This document shows positions 15,206 through 27,212 of a stretch of 64,000 nt of DNA, piece by piece (the stretch's first letter is position 1; each line of letters starts with the position of its first letter). Under the pieces are notes generated by a model. The model made no database searches, was not told the DNA's origin, and was given only the letters and a program-made list of their open reading frames with translations. Source of the DNA: Balanoglossus misakiensis (taxonomy: Eukaryota > Animalia > Hemichordata); NCBI GenBank assembly GCA_040954595.2, contig CM082585.2, positions 6,535,808 through 6,599,807 of the forward strand. The letters run 5' to 3'. Made by a program: the position numbers and the translations under genes.

Positions 15206-18200
15206 TTTTGACAGTGAGCTGTTTACTACAGTATTAGACATGTTGTCTGTCTTGTTGAATGGCACCATGGCAAGCGATATGGCAGCAGGTCAAAGCCCTG
15301 GTGAAGAAAACAAAAGACAACATCAAAATCTCATCAAGAAATTGAAGGTCAGTGTCATCGTCATGGCAATATATCCCCCAAGTTCATATTGTTGTTGTTC
15401 AATTGATTTTCCAGTATCTTTACAAGTAAACTAACACAGCTTCGATTTGATGTATGCAAGAAAATTCTATTTTTTTTCAGCTGATATACTAATTAGAATT
15501 CTTTTCTGTGTCTGTTTGTCACGTGCAGAAAGAGTTAGGGGACAAACATTCTGATGTCGTTGATAAGGTACGACAGTTGTTACCCTTGCCTAAACTGAGC
15601 AGTGAGGTCATCACCTGTGAACCTATGGGAAGTCTCATCGACACCAAAGGGAACAAAATTGCTGGCTTTGACTCCATTGACAAGAAACAAGTAAGTTCAT
15701 TTTGTGTCTCTCTGGGTTAATTTTATATATTTTAATCTTTCACCACAATGGTTCAGTCCAAACGTAGTGTTTTCTATGGTAAGGTTGGACCTCTATAGAG
15801 GGAAGTGGGGTGTAAGGTTTATGTGCATCCAGTTCCTACAGTAGAGTTCCAACCGTACCCTTGAAAACAATGGATTTAGGCCAAACCATGATGGTGAAAG
15901 GGTCAAGGGAAAGTGGAATTATTGAGAGGAACTTCAGTGTTGAATAGGCCCAACATGATTGCTGAAGTGTAATAGATCTTTCAGTTGTGCAGTGGAGATG
16001 ATAAACTGTGGTAAGACTATTACAAGGAAATCTTTTTAACCGACACATGTTAAAGGTATACCATCACCCATTGAAAATTAACTATAGTTACCATGGCAAA
16101 ATGAGATCTAGCCAATCACTGATTTTCAGTGGGTGGCACACGCGAAATAAAGAGCGCCACCATATGTTCTTTCGAACGCCCAAATGCGCCATTTCAGCCA
16201 TATATGGACATATGTAAATTGGAGGTGACTGTATCCCTTTAACTGTTGTATTCCTACCATCCCATTTTGATTGGCAGGGCTTGCAAGTGTCGTCGAAACA
16301 GAAAGTGATTCCGTGGGACATGCTGGAGGGCCACAAGAACCCGGCGCCGCTCTCCTGGGCGTGGTTCGGCGCCGTGCGACTCGAGCGCAAGCCGCTCAAG
16401 TACGAGGAGCAGCACCGCCTGCTGCTCTACCACACGCACGTCAAGCGGAAACCGCCCAGCTACTTCCTGGAGCCGCCGCCGCTGCCGCCGGACGAGGAGG
16501 AACCGCCGCAGGTGGTCAACCAGGAGAACGAGAAGGCGCACAACGACGCGGCCAACAGCGAGCAGCCGGACAGCAAGCCGGTGGCGGAACCCAAGAAGAA
16601 GCGGCAGAGGCAGCGAAAGAAACCGCAGACGTCGTACCAAAAGACAGACGTAAGATTATCAGGGTTCTGTCCAGCTTGACTTGAGTTCTGGCAGCTTATT
16701 AATATTCATGCTTATTAATATTCATGATTATGAATATTCATGATCATGAATATTCATACTCGTTAATGTTCAAATCTGCTGCAAGTCATACCCATTCATC
16801 AATGTATCAAAATGAGATTGATAAAAGACTGGATTGAGTACACAATAGTGCCTACTAGCAGCCTCTGTTTGCTTGACTCATGAACCCTCTATAGATTAGA
16901 ATGAAGGGAGTCTTTAATAGTGGGGAGATGTGCAGACCATTAAAACCAAGGTTCTGCCTTTGCCTGTTAATTGTCATCGTACGAAAATCTTTACACACCA
17001 AACAACGTTGAATGAGTCAGGACACTTCAGCGCACATCTGAGTCTTCTTTTCATTCCCAACATTCCAGCCATTGCCGTACAGAGGCGCCCCTGTGGTGTA
17101 TCCGGACCAAGGATTCGGGATTCCGCAACAGCCAAACTACATGGGAATGCCTCAACAGCAGCCCACGTACTACACCCAACAACCCATGGCTCCAGGTATG
17201 TTATGGTGCCGGAATTTTCCGTCACCATATTTAATTGCTGTAGAGCCTGCATAATGAATAATTCCGGAGGAAATTAATTAGAATCGGGAGTTTTCGTGGT
17301 ATATGGGGTTACAAGGGGTTTACTTAACAAACTCATTTTGTCTCAAAACTTCTAAGGATCCGCATATTTTTTTTGTCATTTCGAGCCATGTGAAATACGA
17401 GAGCGCAAACATTAATTGCCTCTTTCGATATCACAAAATTTTCCTGTTGTGATAATTTCCTGGTCTACAGTATTCAAGTAACACATAATTTGCGTATAAC
17501 CAAATGTGTATAGCCAAATCCACTAGCACAAGAAGTTACACCTAATGTGTCTTAAATGACATGAATGTGTTTCATTCCACATTGATTTTTTTCTGAAATC
17601 TGTCATTCTCACTTTTATTGCAGGTCGGTTAGACCGCAGTTCATCAGTTCCAACAAAGCGTGCATTGAGCACTTACCTCAGATCCAGACAACCTGGAAAT
17701 CAGCCCGCGCAACAACCAAATATAAACGTAAGTGAAACATTTCTTTCCTTTGTTCCTCTTTTCTGAATTTATCCCATGTGTGTGTATTTCCCGTACCCAT
17801 AATTTTGTTGTAGATTTTTGTGAATGAAGTTAGACATTTGAAATTATATACTTTAGCGTGTACCCCAAAATGTACCCATTTCGTCCTGCTAAATACACCC
17901 ACATGTAATTCTCTGGTAACCCTTGTATCCATTCACCCAGTCCAGTATTTCTGAATCCTTGCATACCCCCAAATAGTCCTCACACTTTTCCGCCCCGATA
18001 TGTACAATTAAAATTTTTTTCCATGACCAAAATGTGTTGTGTGTGGTGATTGTACCTGATCTATTAGTTTTCAAACATAAGGATATAAATATTTCCTACT
18101 GCTCTGGCTGTGTCTTTGTTCGTAGATTTTGTAGTAAAAATGCTGATTGATTCTAGGTGTACGTGTGTATTGGTGTCAGTTCTAGTCTGTGTGTAGATAG

Positions 18201-21200
18201 GTTGTTTTGCTGTTGGCATGTTTTGCAGACATGGCTGGTTGGTTGTTGTTCCCTTATGAAAAGCTGGTAATGCATGGTTGTTTTCAGATATTGTGCGTGT
18301 TTCAAAGGTGGTTTTTATGACGCCAAGACTAGTCTGAAATTCAAAGTACATTATGATGTCATTTCACACGGAACCCGTGGATGATATGGCTTCTGTCGAT
18401 AACTATTAGACAGAGAAGATGTGGGCAATACATGTAGTCTACTGGTCATTGGTTTCCAGTGTGTCTCGCCATTTTTTTCATAATTTAACCCTTTCACCAC
18501 CATGGTTCAGTCCAAACCCATTGTTTTCTATGCTAAGGTTGGACCTCTAAAGAGGGAACTGGGGGTAAAAGGGTTAAGCCCCAGGGCTACTCTTTGTGAT
18601 ATCCTAAAAGTAGTTCTAAAATTAGCTGACACTTTAAATATTGAGGGTTGGCTTTTAATGTCAGTAACATATATTTCATTTTTGTTGTAGTTCAACAAAC
18701 AGAATGGTTGATATTCCCTTGGTTTTACTTACAAACCATGTAATTTCAAACATGCTGTGTTGTGTATGAACTCATTTTAGAATGTTGGTGTGCCACCTGT
18801 ATGTAGTGTGTTAGGCTAGTCTTTTGCTTAATACTAACTGACAATAATTGACACGTCTCCATAGCAACAGGATCAGGCATTTTCGTTTGGAAATCCAATA
18901 TTAAAGGTAACTAGATTCCAACTATGTGTGTGTGTGTGCCTGTAGGTAAAGAGACAGTGGTAACAGTTTGTGTGTAATGCATGGCTAGTCTTGTAAGTTG
19001 TAGTATCGTGTTGGTTTTGTCGCTCGTCGAAGGAGTCATCTTGATTAACCCTTTCACCGTTATGGTTTGGTCCAAACCCATTGTTTTCTATGGTGAAGTT
19101 GGACCTGTGTACTAGGGATATGGGGGTGAAAGGACTGCTGTCTGGAAGAAGGGATGGTGACTTTGATCCCTGTACTCTGCTTTTCCCGTGAATGATGGCC
19201 GTGTTTTTTGGACAGTGGTTGTAATTGGTGTGTGTTTACCTCCAATGTGTCTAGTCTAACCTTTCCTGAGAATTTATAGTACATCGTAGTACTATGTTAA
19301 TCATACCCAGTTCACTATCAAAACCCATTGAAACCCACCACTCTCTAAGTACATAAAGCCTATCTGAACAGCTCCAGCTGGTGTTACCCTTCAGAGCCCA
19401 CCTCTGCCTTTTTTGGCAGTTCATACTCCAAGGGACCAATACAGGCCCATTTCAATGATCTGTATTCTTCTCTTCTGAGATACATCACTTAAGCATTTTA
19501 CGAATTCGAAGTCCAGTGGTTGAAGATGAACTGTGTGACTTGCAGTATTCTATGCCATCATATAGTTGATCAAAATGGCTTTAGTTTTGTCCCTTTTCAA
19601 CCAATTTGCTGTCTTTTCCCGAAGTCTTACACATGTGGTCGCCGCCATCTTGTCTGTTGTTAGGACAGCACACTGCCTTATGGCATCAACTGTAAACAAT
19701 TATTGTAACCAGAGTCTCTGGTTTGGCACATGCGCATAAGATGATTGTTGCCATTGCATATAGATATATAAAACAAAATACTGACAAATAAATGTTGTTA
19801 TTTTGTGTTGTCACTCTTGTAGTATCACCTGATGGAGAAACAGCGACAGCAACAAGCCATGTTACAACAACAACAACAACAACAGCAACAACTCCGACAG
19901 CAACTGCCAGGTCGGGTGGACACTGCATTGTTTCCGCAGTACAAAGCGGCCCAGGACCAGCCGTTGACCCACATGCCTCAACCGCAGCCGTCCAGTGTAA
20001 GTCAACATTTCATAGCTTAAAGGGACATTATACCAGGTTCACACACTAAAAGATTTGAGACACGTACTATTTGCCTATGGTTAACACAGAGCATTAATCC
20101 TTTGAGTCGCGTTGTGTCCACACACTCAAAGTTTACGTATAGGCACAGAGGCTCAGTCCCATATAGACAGTGGGTTGCGGAGAGGTGTTAATCCTTACAC
20201 GGGCTCAGGTCTGGCCGGCAAAGCCGTCTTAAATCTTAAGCCATTTCAGAACTATAAACACCATCCACACATGTTTTTTTAAGACGGTTTCTGATCTGAG
20301 ACGCTTCAGAACCGTCTTAATTGTGTGTGTGTGACCCCAATATTAGCTGTATCTGTTGGCTTTATTTCCATGATTTGTTTTTTTAACCAAATTTCCAATG
20401 TTGTTGCTGCAATCAATTTTTAACTGTAATTGTTTAATGCTTAATGCACGCATATATTTTATTTGACCGAAAATTGAATGCTCTTAATGTTTCAGGTTTC
20501 GCCAAACTACGGTAATTACAGCACACAGCCCTTACAGCAGCCCATCACGGCGGACGCTGTTCCCCCTTCAAGTGGAATGTTGTCACCCAACTACGGCTCA
20601 GGGTATGGGACGCCCAACCAGGCCACACCCAACATCCTGCAGCAAATGGGTCGGCCACAGGGCCAGTATATCCCACAACAGCCCCAGCCACAGCAGAGAC
20701 AAATACCGGCTACAGCAGCTAGGTAAGTGTGCCACGCATCTTCCATTGATTTCACCCTCCCACCAGCATGGTTTGGTCCAAATCAATTGTTTTCTATGGT
20801 GAATTTGGACCTTTACAATGTAATTGGGTGTAATTGGGCTTAGCATAAACAGCAGAACAATGAAACAGATGCATTACCGGGTTCACACAGGGTAAAATTT
20901 GAGACACTATTTGCCAGTGGTAACCACAGAGCATTAATCCTTTGAGTTGCGTTGTGTCCACACACACAAAGTTCATGTATAAGCGCTGAGGATCGGCCCC
21001 ATAGACAATGGGTTGCGGAGAGGTGTTAATCCTTGCACCGGCTCAGGTCTGGCCGGCAAAGCCGTCTCAAATCTGAGACGTTTCAAGACCACTTAAACCG
21101 TCCACACAAAATATTTACGCGAGTATTTGATCTGTGACGTTTCAGAAACATCTTAATGGTCCCTGTGTGACCCCCATACAAAATATTCACATGTTTATGT

Positions 21201-21551
21201 TTTTTTTTCATTTGTAGACTGCAACATCAAATACAGCAAAGAACAGGATTGCAGCGCAGCGCCACAATGCCGGTGGGCGCGCCCAGCCAGACGTATTTGA
21301 CGCAGCAGCAGCTCACGCAGCAGCAACAAGAACGACAAAACCAGCTCATCCGACAACAACAGATCCTGGCCATGCAGAAACGTCAGCAGCAACAACAGCA
21401 GCAGCAACAACAACAACAGCAGCAGCAACAGATGCAGACCCAGCAACAACAGCAGACTGCGGCGCTGGTGCGGCAGCTGCAGAGACAAATGTCGGGGGGC
21501 GTACCACCTCCGCAGCAGCACAACCCGTACCAACCACAAAATCAGTTCTAG
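93..21551 (+). CDS. MED12: Mediator of RNA polymerase II transcription subunit 12 (CDK8 kinase module), 37 coding exons, ~2112 aa
   Basis: Exons with GT-AG boundaries: 93-194, 863-925, 1090-1128, 1385-1489, 1741-1824, 2192-2354, 2685-2857, 3207-3317, 3952-4094, 4492-4780, 5273-5509, 5879-6010, 6328-6454, 6939-7162, 7468-8121, 8403-8566, 8742-8850, 9290-9420, 9596-9712, 9872-10013, 10225-10354, 10793-11008, 11767-12020, 12461-12568, 12834-13042, 13544-13714, 14180-14312, 14456-14521, 14825-14934, 15215-15347, 15529-15690, 16278-16649, 17069-17195, 17624-17727, 19823-19996, 20496-20722, 21218-21551. They sum to 6339 nt in frame. MED12 motifs: [53 protein letters not shown] (LCEWAV domain), [44 protein letters not shown] and a C-terminal poly-Q region. 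Confidence 0.97.
2030..2160. repeat. Degenerate (TGGTR)n pentanucleotide microsatellite in a MED12 intron
   Basis: Runs of tggta, tggtg and tgata visible directly. Confidence 0.9.
3371..3550. mobile_element. Tc1/mariner-type (pogo-like) MITE
   Basis: TA-CAGTAAAACTCCAATTATCCGAACT ... AGTTCGGATAATTGGAGTTATTCTG-TA terminal inverted repeats, TA target duplication, internal repeats of TATCCGAAC. Confidence 0.8.
13800..13961. mobile_element. Tc1/mariner-type MITE, representative of a dispersed family
   Basis: TA-CAGTCAAACCTGT ... ACAGGTTCGACTG-TA. Related copies at ~1882-1988, ~10050-10159, ~14685-14790, ~49375-49525 and ~63783-63932. Confidence 0.8.
16050..16242. mobile_element. Kolobok-type non-autonomous DNA element
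   Basis: TTAA-AGGTATACCATCACC ... GGTGACTGTATCCCT-TTAA. An inverted, degenerate relative lies at ~610-745 in MED12 intron 1. Confidence 0.7.
18486..18577. mobile_element. ~90-bp piggyBac-type MITE, representative of about 7 copies in MED12 introns
   Basis: TTAA-CCCTTTCACC ... GGTAAAAGGG-TTAA (TTAA target, CCC termini). The core ACCATGGTTTGGTCCAAACCCATTGTTTTCTATGGTAAGGTTGGACC recurs at ~6660-6750, ~11643-11734, ~15733-15820, ~15850-15905, ~19044-19132 and ~20748-20840. Confidence 0.8.
18865..18906 (+). CDS. Candidate 42-nt in-frame cassette exon of MED12 ([14 protein letters not shown])
   Basis: Flanked by ctccatag| and AAG|gtaact, stop-free, phase 0-0 like the neighbouring exons, inside the longest MED12 intron (17728-19822). 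Confidence 0.5.
20033..21175. mobile_element. Two direct ~300-bp copies of one MITE-like element (~20033-20338 and ~20878-21175) flanking MED12 exon 20496-20722
   Basis: Shared internal text (cacagagcattaatcctttgagt-gcgttgtgtccacacac ... gggttgcggagaggtgttaatcctt ... ggctcaggtctggccggcaaagccgtct) and ggttcacac/gtgtgaccc ends. Confidence 0.75.
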
Positions 21552-21639
21552 TCGCGTACCCCCAAAAGCTGCATTTGCCGGATTATAAGCCTGATTTTCT
21601 GCTCGCATGGCTTGGTAAATTTCCGTGAGCAATAAATAC

Positions 21640-21812
21640 GCGAGAGCCAAAATAGCATGAAAATAAAAAAGTTGCATAATTTTTTTTTGAAGGTACATGT
21701 AACGATGCAGTGAATGAAATAAGAGAACGCGAAAATTAATACTCGTGAAAAACAGTGGCCTCTCTCGATATCGCGAAAATTTCAACTCGCGAAAATAAAG
21801 TGTCTTACAGTA
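21640..21812. mobile_element. MITE remnant in the MED12 3' UTR
   Basis: ctctcgatatcgcgaaaatttcaactcgcgaaaataaagtgtcttacagta is nearly identical to 50359-50409; a diverged copy lies at ~17420-17472; CAGTA/TA-type end. Confidence 0.65.
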
Positions 21813-22911
21813 ATTCACGTCAAGCTTTGTATGAAACATGAATCGGTGGAGGGTTTAACAAAAATTGTAACTCCTCTGCTGTTCAACATGATCAGCCATG
21901 TGTTCTTTGTCCTGTGTCACATGAGAATGTCCTCCCATGTGAAATGCCCCGAAATGTGAAATCTCATAATGTCCTGTGGGGTCAGGAAAATTGTCTATGA
22001 TTGTAGTGTTTACACTTGCTATAAACTAATCAAATGGTGTAAATATTAATTCAAATGAGTACTGTGGAGTTGCACTCAGACTCAGACTCTCAGAGATTAT
22101 ATAAAATCAACTGTAGAAATTATCAGATAACTTTTGGAAAGGGCTTAACATTCCCCTAATGCTGTACTTGGACTCTGTGTGCCTATTCTGTCAGCCGACT
22201 GCTTCAGGTTCAGAATTAACTGTGAATTTTCAACCAGCTACCCTGATGCAGATTCAGATGCTGTGAATATGTGCAATACGATCCTGTTTCTGCAATCGTG
22301 ATGTGGGAGAGTATATCAGAAATTAGTCATGAATCTGCTGGACGTGAAATAAACAGAAATCGATATCTTTGTACTAAACTTAATGCCGGAAAATACTTTT
22401 TGCACACAACCTGACTAAGGTTTTACTTTGCAATTTCAGGACATACCATTCAGGTTTACCATATTATTCAGAGATTACGCCTGATTATAGTGAATGAAAT
22501 CTTTCAAAATTTAAATGACATGCATAAGAGAAGAAAAAAAATTGAGTACATGTATGTTGGAGTAATTACCACTGCTTATTGTACTTGTTACGTCTTCGAT
22601 CAGTAACTGCTTTGTAGCAAAATTTATTCACAATAGATAATGAAAGTCATAATCCATTTTAGCTGCAGTAGTCATGGAAATATATTCCTCTTGTTTTAAG
22701 GAAATAAAATATCAAATATTTATAATTTAAAACAGTAATGTCTGTCTAGTCTGCCTGTATTTCCAGATATGTTGTTATTGCTTCTTTGGAAAATGAAACA
22801 TTCTGATTACATTTTTGAACTTGCTTTATTAATGATGAATGGTAATGTCGTGTTTTGGGGCAGGGGACCAGCTAACCCTAGGCCCCAAAGTTCAGGAAGC
22901 TCACCCTCCAT

Positions 22912-23013
22912 TAGTCTGGTCGCCTGCCCCATTCCCACCGCTGGTGGCGCTACGCTAAAGGGAACTTTAGCGTAGCGCAGCCAGCGGTGGGAATGGGGCA
23001 GGCGACCAGACTA
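22912..23013. mobile_element. ~100-bp almost perfectly palindromic MITE
   Basis: TAGTCTGGTCGCCTGCCCCATTCCCACCGCTGG ... CCAGCGGTGGGAATGGGGCAGGCGACCAGACTA, flanked by accctccat and tccctccat (likely target-site duplication). A diverged right arm occurs at ~27378-27419. Confidence 0.85.
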
Positions 23014-23175
23014 TCCCTCCATGTTCGTAGTGTGTATGTTTGTTTGTTTGTTTGATATTATTGATTGATAATTATAATAAACAAAAAATATTCGTTCATT
23101 TATTACAAATAGAAGGTCACGTTTGCTTGTAAAGAGCAACGGGCAAAAAACTACATCTGCCCTCTCCGCCTCCAT

Positions 23176-23209
23176 CCGCTAGGTGGCGCGACTCAATGAC
23201 CTTTGACCT
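23176..23209 (+). promoter_or_regulatory. CTCF-like site and DR1 nuclear-receptor-like site just upstream of the zinc-finger gene start
   Basis: CCGCTAGGTGGCGC at 23176-23189 matches the CTCF core. TGACCTTTGACCT at 23197-23209 is a perfect DR1. Motif match only. Confidence 0.45.
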
Positions 23210-23222
23210 TTTAGCTACAGTA

Positions 23223-25372
23223 ATGGAGGCGAACACGCTGCAGCTGCAGAGTGGATTTTCGACAAGTGAAAACCAGATGGACGCGACATCAAAGAGTTGG
23301 GTTACTACTTGCAACCTCTTAACAAGCGCTGGTATGTGTCTGTTTAGTCGAGTATCTTGCCGGGCGCTGCCCGCTTTCAAGTTTTCCACCAAGAACGTCT
23401 TCAGTCCACACAAGAGCTGGTTTCGCTAGCCAGACCACAGCTGCTTTTTTTTTTTACGTCCACGTGCTTGGTAACTTCTGTCGAAATCCAATTGATGTAT
23501 AAATAAATTTTAAGCAAATGAGTCCAAAGTTTTTTCATAGATGTTAACAACAAAATTAATTTTGTGTTCCACAAAAATAGTGTATATAACGGCATATATC
23601 TGATGTTCACCCTGCTCATACTTTATTTTTCCAGAATGTTCAGAGGTGTGTAAACTGTACAGAAATTCAAATAAGTTACATGAACTTGGCAGACTGGTGG
23701 AAGCGTTAAATAGCAAATTTAGGGATAAAGTTGAAGCTGGTACTGAATCCTTTGATGGTAAGTAAGCATACACCTTACAATCTGATGATGTTTATTTTAC
23801 AAAAGCAGACAAAAAAAGTGACAGATGTTGCATTCTAGGGCTTCAAATTTTAAAATTAATTTTGATTCATGGGGCTTATAATTCGACAAGAGCCAGAATT
23901 TGCCACCAAGCCTAGAAAAGCCCAAGAGACCCTATTCGGTCACCAAAATTTACTTCTTAATACCCAAAATTATTATTCTTCTCGTTCTGTATGTACAAAT
24001 GTATGTATAACAAAAAATATATAAGACCATGGGCATTGCTGCTATCTGGCTTTGTGTCATCTGCATACAGACTGGTTTGGTAAAATTTACATTACTTTAT
24101 TTCTTTGATAAAATTTTCCTAACCCTTCCAGATTTTTGTTTCCATCCAACAGATGTGTCACTGATAATCCACACCCTGGCACACTATGGCCATATTGAAC
24201 TGAACCCACAGGATGATGTCATCAGTGGAGATGTTGAACGAGAACTTGGGAGAGCACGGGTGCTGCAGCTTGATGGCCAAACTGGACAGTGCCAGAGATG
24301 GTCAGCCCTTGAAGAGTGCATTCCTGCCAGCAGTGAGAATGGTGAGTTTGAGGCACAGCCCTGCAGCCAGACAAGACCTGACTGTTTCAGGAACAGCACA
24401 TTTCCAACACCTTCTGAACAGGCTGGTGAACTTCAGGGACATCAACACCCAGAAACACAAAATTCATATGAAGTCCCACCTGGTAATGGGATTGAAATGA
24501 TTGAAACAAGTACAACTATCTCAAGACATGTACACTCAGCTGGGAAGAAATTTTCAAGCACTGAACATACCTATGTGAAAGAGCGAACACGGATCCATAC
24601 AAACAGAAGACATTTTGTATGCAGTGAATGTGGGAAAACATTTACACAGAGTGGCACTCTCAAAATACACATGAGGAGCCATACAAATGAAAGACCATAT
24701 TCATGTAATGAATGTGGGAAAAGTTTTACACAAAAGGGAAATTTGAAAGCACACACCAGGATCCATTCAATTGAAAGACCATTTGTTTGCAGTGAATGTG
24801 GGAAAACATTTACTCAGAGTGGCACTCTCAAAATACACATGAGGATCCATACAAAGGAAAGACCATATTCATGCAATAGATGTGGGAAAAGGTTTACAGG
24901 GAGTGGACATCTGAAAGTACACATGAGGATCCATTCAAATGAAAGACCATATTCATGCAATGAATGTGGGAAAAGTTTTACACAAAAGGGAAATATGGAA
25001 GTACACATGAGGATCCATACAAATGAAAGACCATATTCATGCAATAGATGTGGGAAAACATTTAAAGGAAGTAGAGATCTGAAAGTGCACATGAGGATCC
25101 ATACAAACAAAAGACGATATTCATGTAATATATGTGCGAAAATGTTTACTCTGAGTGGAAATCTGATAGTACACATGAAGATCCATACAAATGAAAGACC
25201 ATATTCATGCAATGTATGTGCAAAAACGTTTACACAAAGCGGAGATCTGAAGGAACACATGATGATCCATACAAAGAATAGACCATATTCATGCAATGAA
25301 TGTGCGAAAACGTTTACGAAGAGTGGCAGTCTCAGAAAACATTTGAGGATCCATGCAAATGAAAGACCGTAA
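23223..25372 (+). CDS. C2H2 (Kruppel-type) zinc-finger protein, 9 tandem fingers, 3 exons, ~483 aa
   Basis: Exons 23223-23331, 23635-23757 and 24153-25372 (alternative acceptor 24132), phase 1-1, 1452 nt total. Nine CxxC-x12-HxxxH fingers with TNERP-type linkers. The two short upstream exons are less certain than the finger exon. Confidence 0.85.
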
Positions 25373-26612
25373 TTCATGGAATGAATGTGAGAAAATTCCA
25401 TGCAATGGAAACCTGATGGTGCATATATGACAAAGGGAAAGTCTATGCATGCAGTGAATGCGGGAAAATTTTCACAATGACTGAATGAGAGGCAGTCTCA
25501 AGAAACATCTGACAATCCACAAAAGTAAACATTCAGTTGCATACTGGGAATCTGAAAAAGGGTCCATTCAAGACTGATTGAACATTCTCCATTCAAATAG
25601 CAGAGGGTGCTGCCAATGGTGACCCTATGTCACGGATGTACATGTCGCATAGAAATGTTCATGTCACCACTCTGCACTGGATCATTTTGCTCCCATGTCA
25701 TTTTGCCTAGTCCGATTACTGTAAGCCTAGTTAGCCCTGCGTTACAATGATAGAAGCACACTGTCTGCATTGTGTCAGCCTGACCGACGTGGTCTGTTGT
25801 GTAGCTGGATGCTGATCCATGAAGTAACTGATATTAGAACATTGATAATGAAGTGCTTACTTGGATAATCCAGTCTTGGCTAAGCCCACTTCACATGAAG
25901 TTGTAAATTGATCTTTTGGTTATGTTGAACGTTGAAACTCACTGCAGAACAATCGAGGTGTACTGTGGAATACTTTTTGTTAGCAGTAGCACCTCATTTA
26001 TTTTAGTTGTTTTGTGGAAGATCATTTTGTTAGTTCAGCAGGTTTCAATAGTTTCACAGTGATTCGATAGACCAGGGTGTAAGGACTGAATCTTTTGATG
26101 TTAACTTGCAACGAAACAAGACTTTTATTATTTTTGTGTTGAAACCATCCAGTCACTACATTGAGAAAACAATTCAGTTTTAGCTTAGTTTATAAAGTGC
26201 ACAGGTAGAGTTCAGATTAAAAGTCCCTTCCAAAGTGGGCTAACCTTTTGTTAACACAATTGTGCATTGGTGCTAGCATATTGCCAGTATCATCGTGTCA
26301 GCTGAGGTAGAAGCCTCAGCTGTAAGTATGGTTGTAGATTATTGTTTCGGAGCTGGAAACATGCATAGAAACCTCATGGTTCTAGTTCATTTGTTTTATG
26401 TTTGTTAATTACCAGTATTTGTTAAATTTCCCAAAATATGGAAAAGTTTTGAAAATAAAGTTTGGACTGCTACAGCTGAATGTGTGTGGATTAATTATTT
26501 GACCAAATTATGGGCTGTACAGAGGGAAAAAAACTATGTATAAAATCCTATTTAAGAACCTTGATGACAATGGCCATGTATAAAATCCTATTTAAGAACC
26601 TTGATGACTACG

Positions 26613-27212
26613 GCACTCCCATGAAAAGAATTTGAAACTGATGTTTCCCCTCATCAGTGGATATTAAAACTGAACATTGTTTTTATATTTTAAGTATTTG
26701 TATTCTGTGTTGGGAGACATTGTAAACCGAGAATTGAAGGGGGTGTTTTATGTTTGTTAATTACCAGTATTTGTTAAATTTCCCAAAATATGGAACAGTT
26801 TTGAAAATAAAGTTTTGTAAAATACAGAGCTCAAAGCTGCATTTTAATGAACCCGGCAAAAGCAAATTAACTCAACTACCGGTATGTTGGGGAGGACAAA
26901 TTTAACCGTCGCCGCTCAAAGTTATCATGGGGTGGGGGCAAGTCTCCTGACCTGGGACACTAGATAAACCAGTCATAGATTGAAAGGTGTTGATGAATGG
27001 AGGGGGTGGGTGTGGGAGGGGGTGTAAAATAAAGGGCACGAAATTGCATTTTTGCAGACTCAAAATAAATATTTAGTCGTCAAAGTTTTCAAGTCCCCCC
27101 TTTCAGTCCCTAAATTATTTCAAATCCCCCTTACATACTCTCAATTTTTTCAAATCCCCCCCCCCTCAATTCTCCCGTCCCCCCCTCCAGAGGTGTTTGT
27201 GAATGCAGCCTT
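26613..27212. mobile_element. Truncated PIF/Harbinger-like non-autonomous element related internally to 54566-55340
   Basis: Blocks such as ctcccatgaaaagaatttgaaactgatg, aatacagagctcaaag-tgcattttaatgaacc and gattgaaaggtgttgatgaatg are shared with 54803-55105. It ends in gtgaatgcagcc-tta. Confidence 0.65.

Noticed and set aside
24029-24152. ATG at 24029 giving a hydrophobic signal-like N-terminus on the zinc-finger protein
   Set aside because: The stretch is a pyrimidine-rich intron end with two in-phase acceptors, and upstream exons supply a more plausible start.
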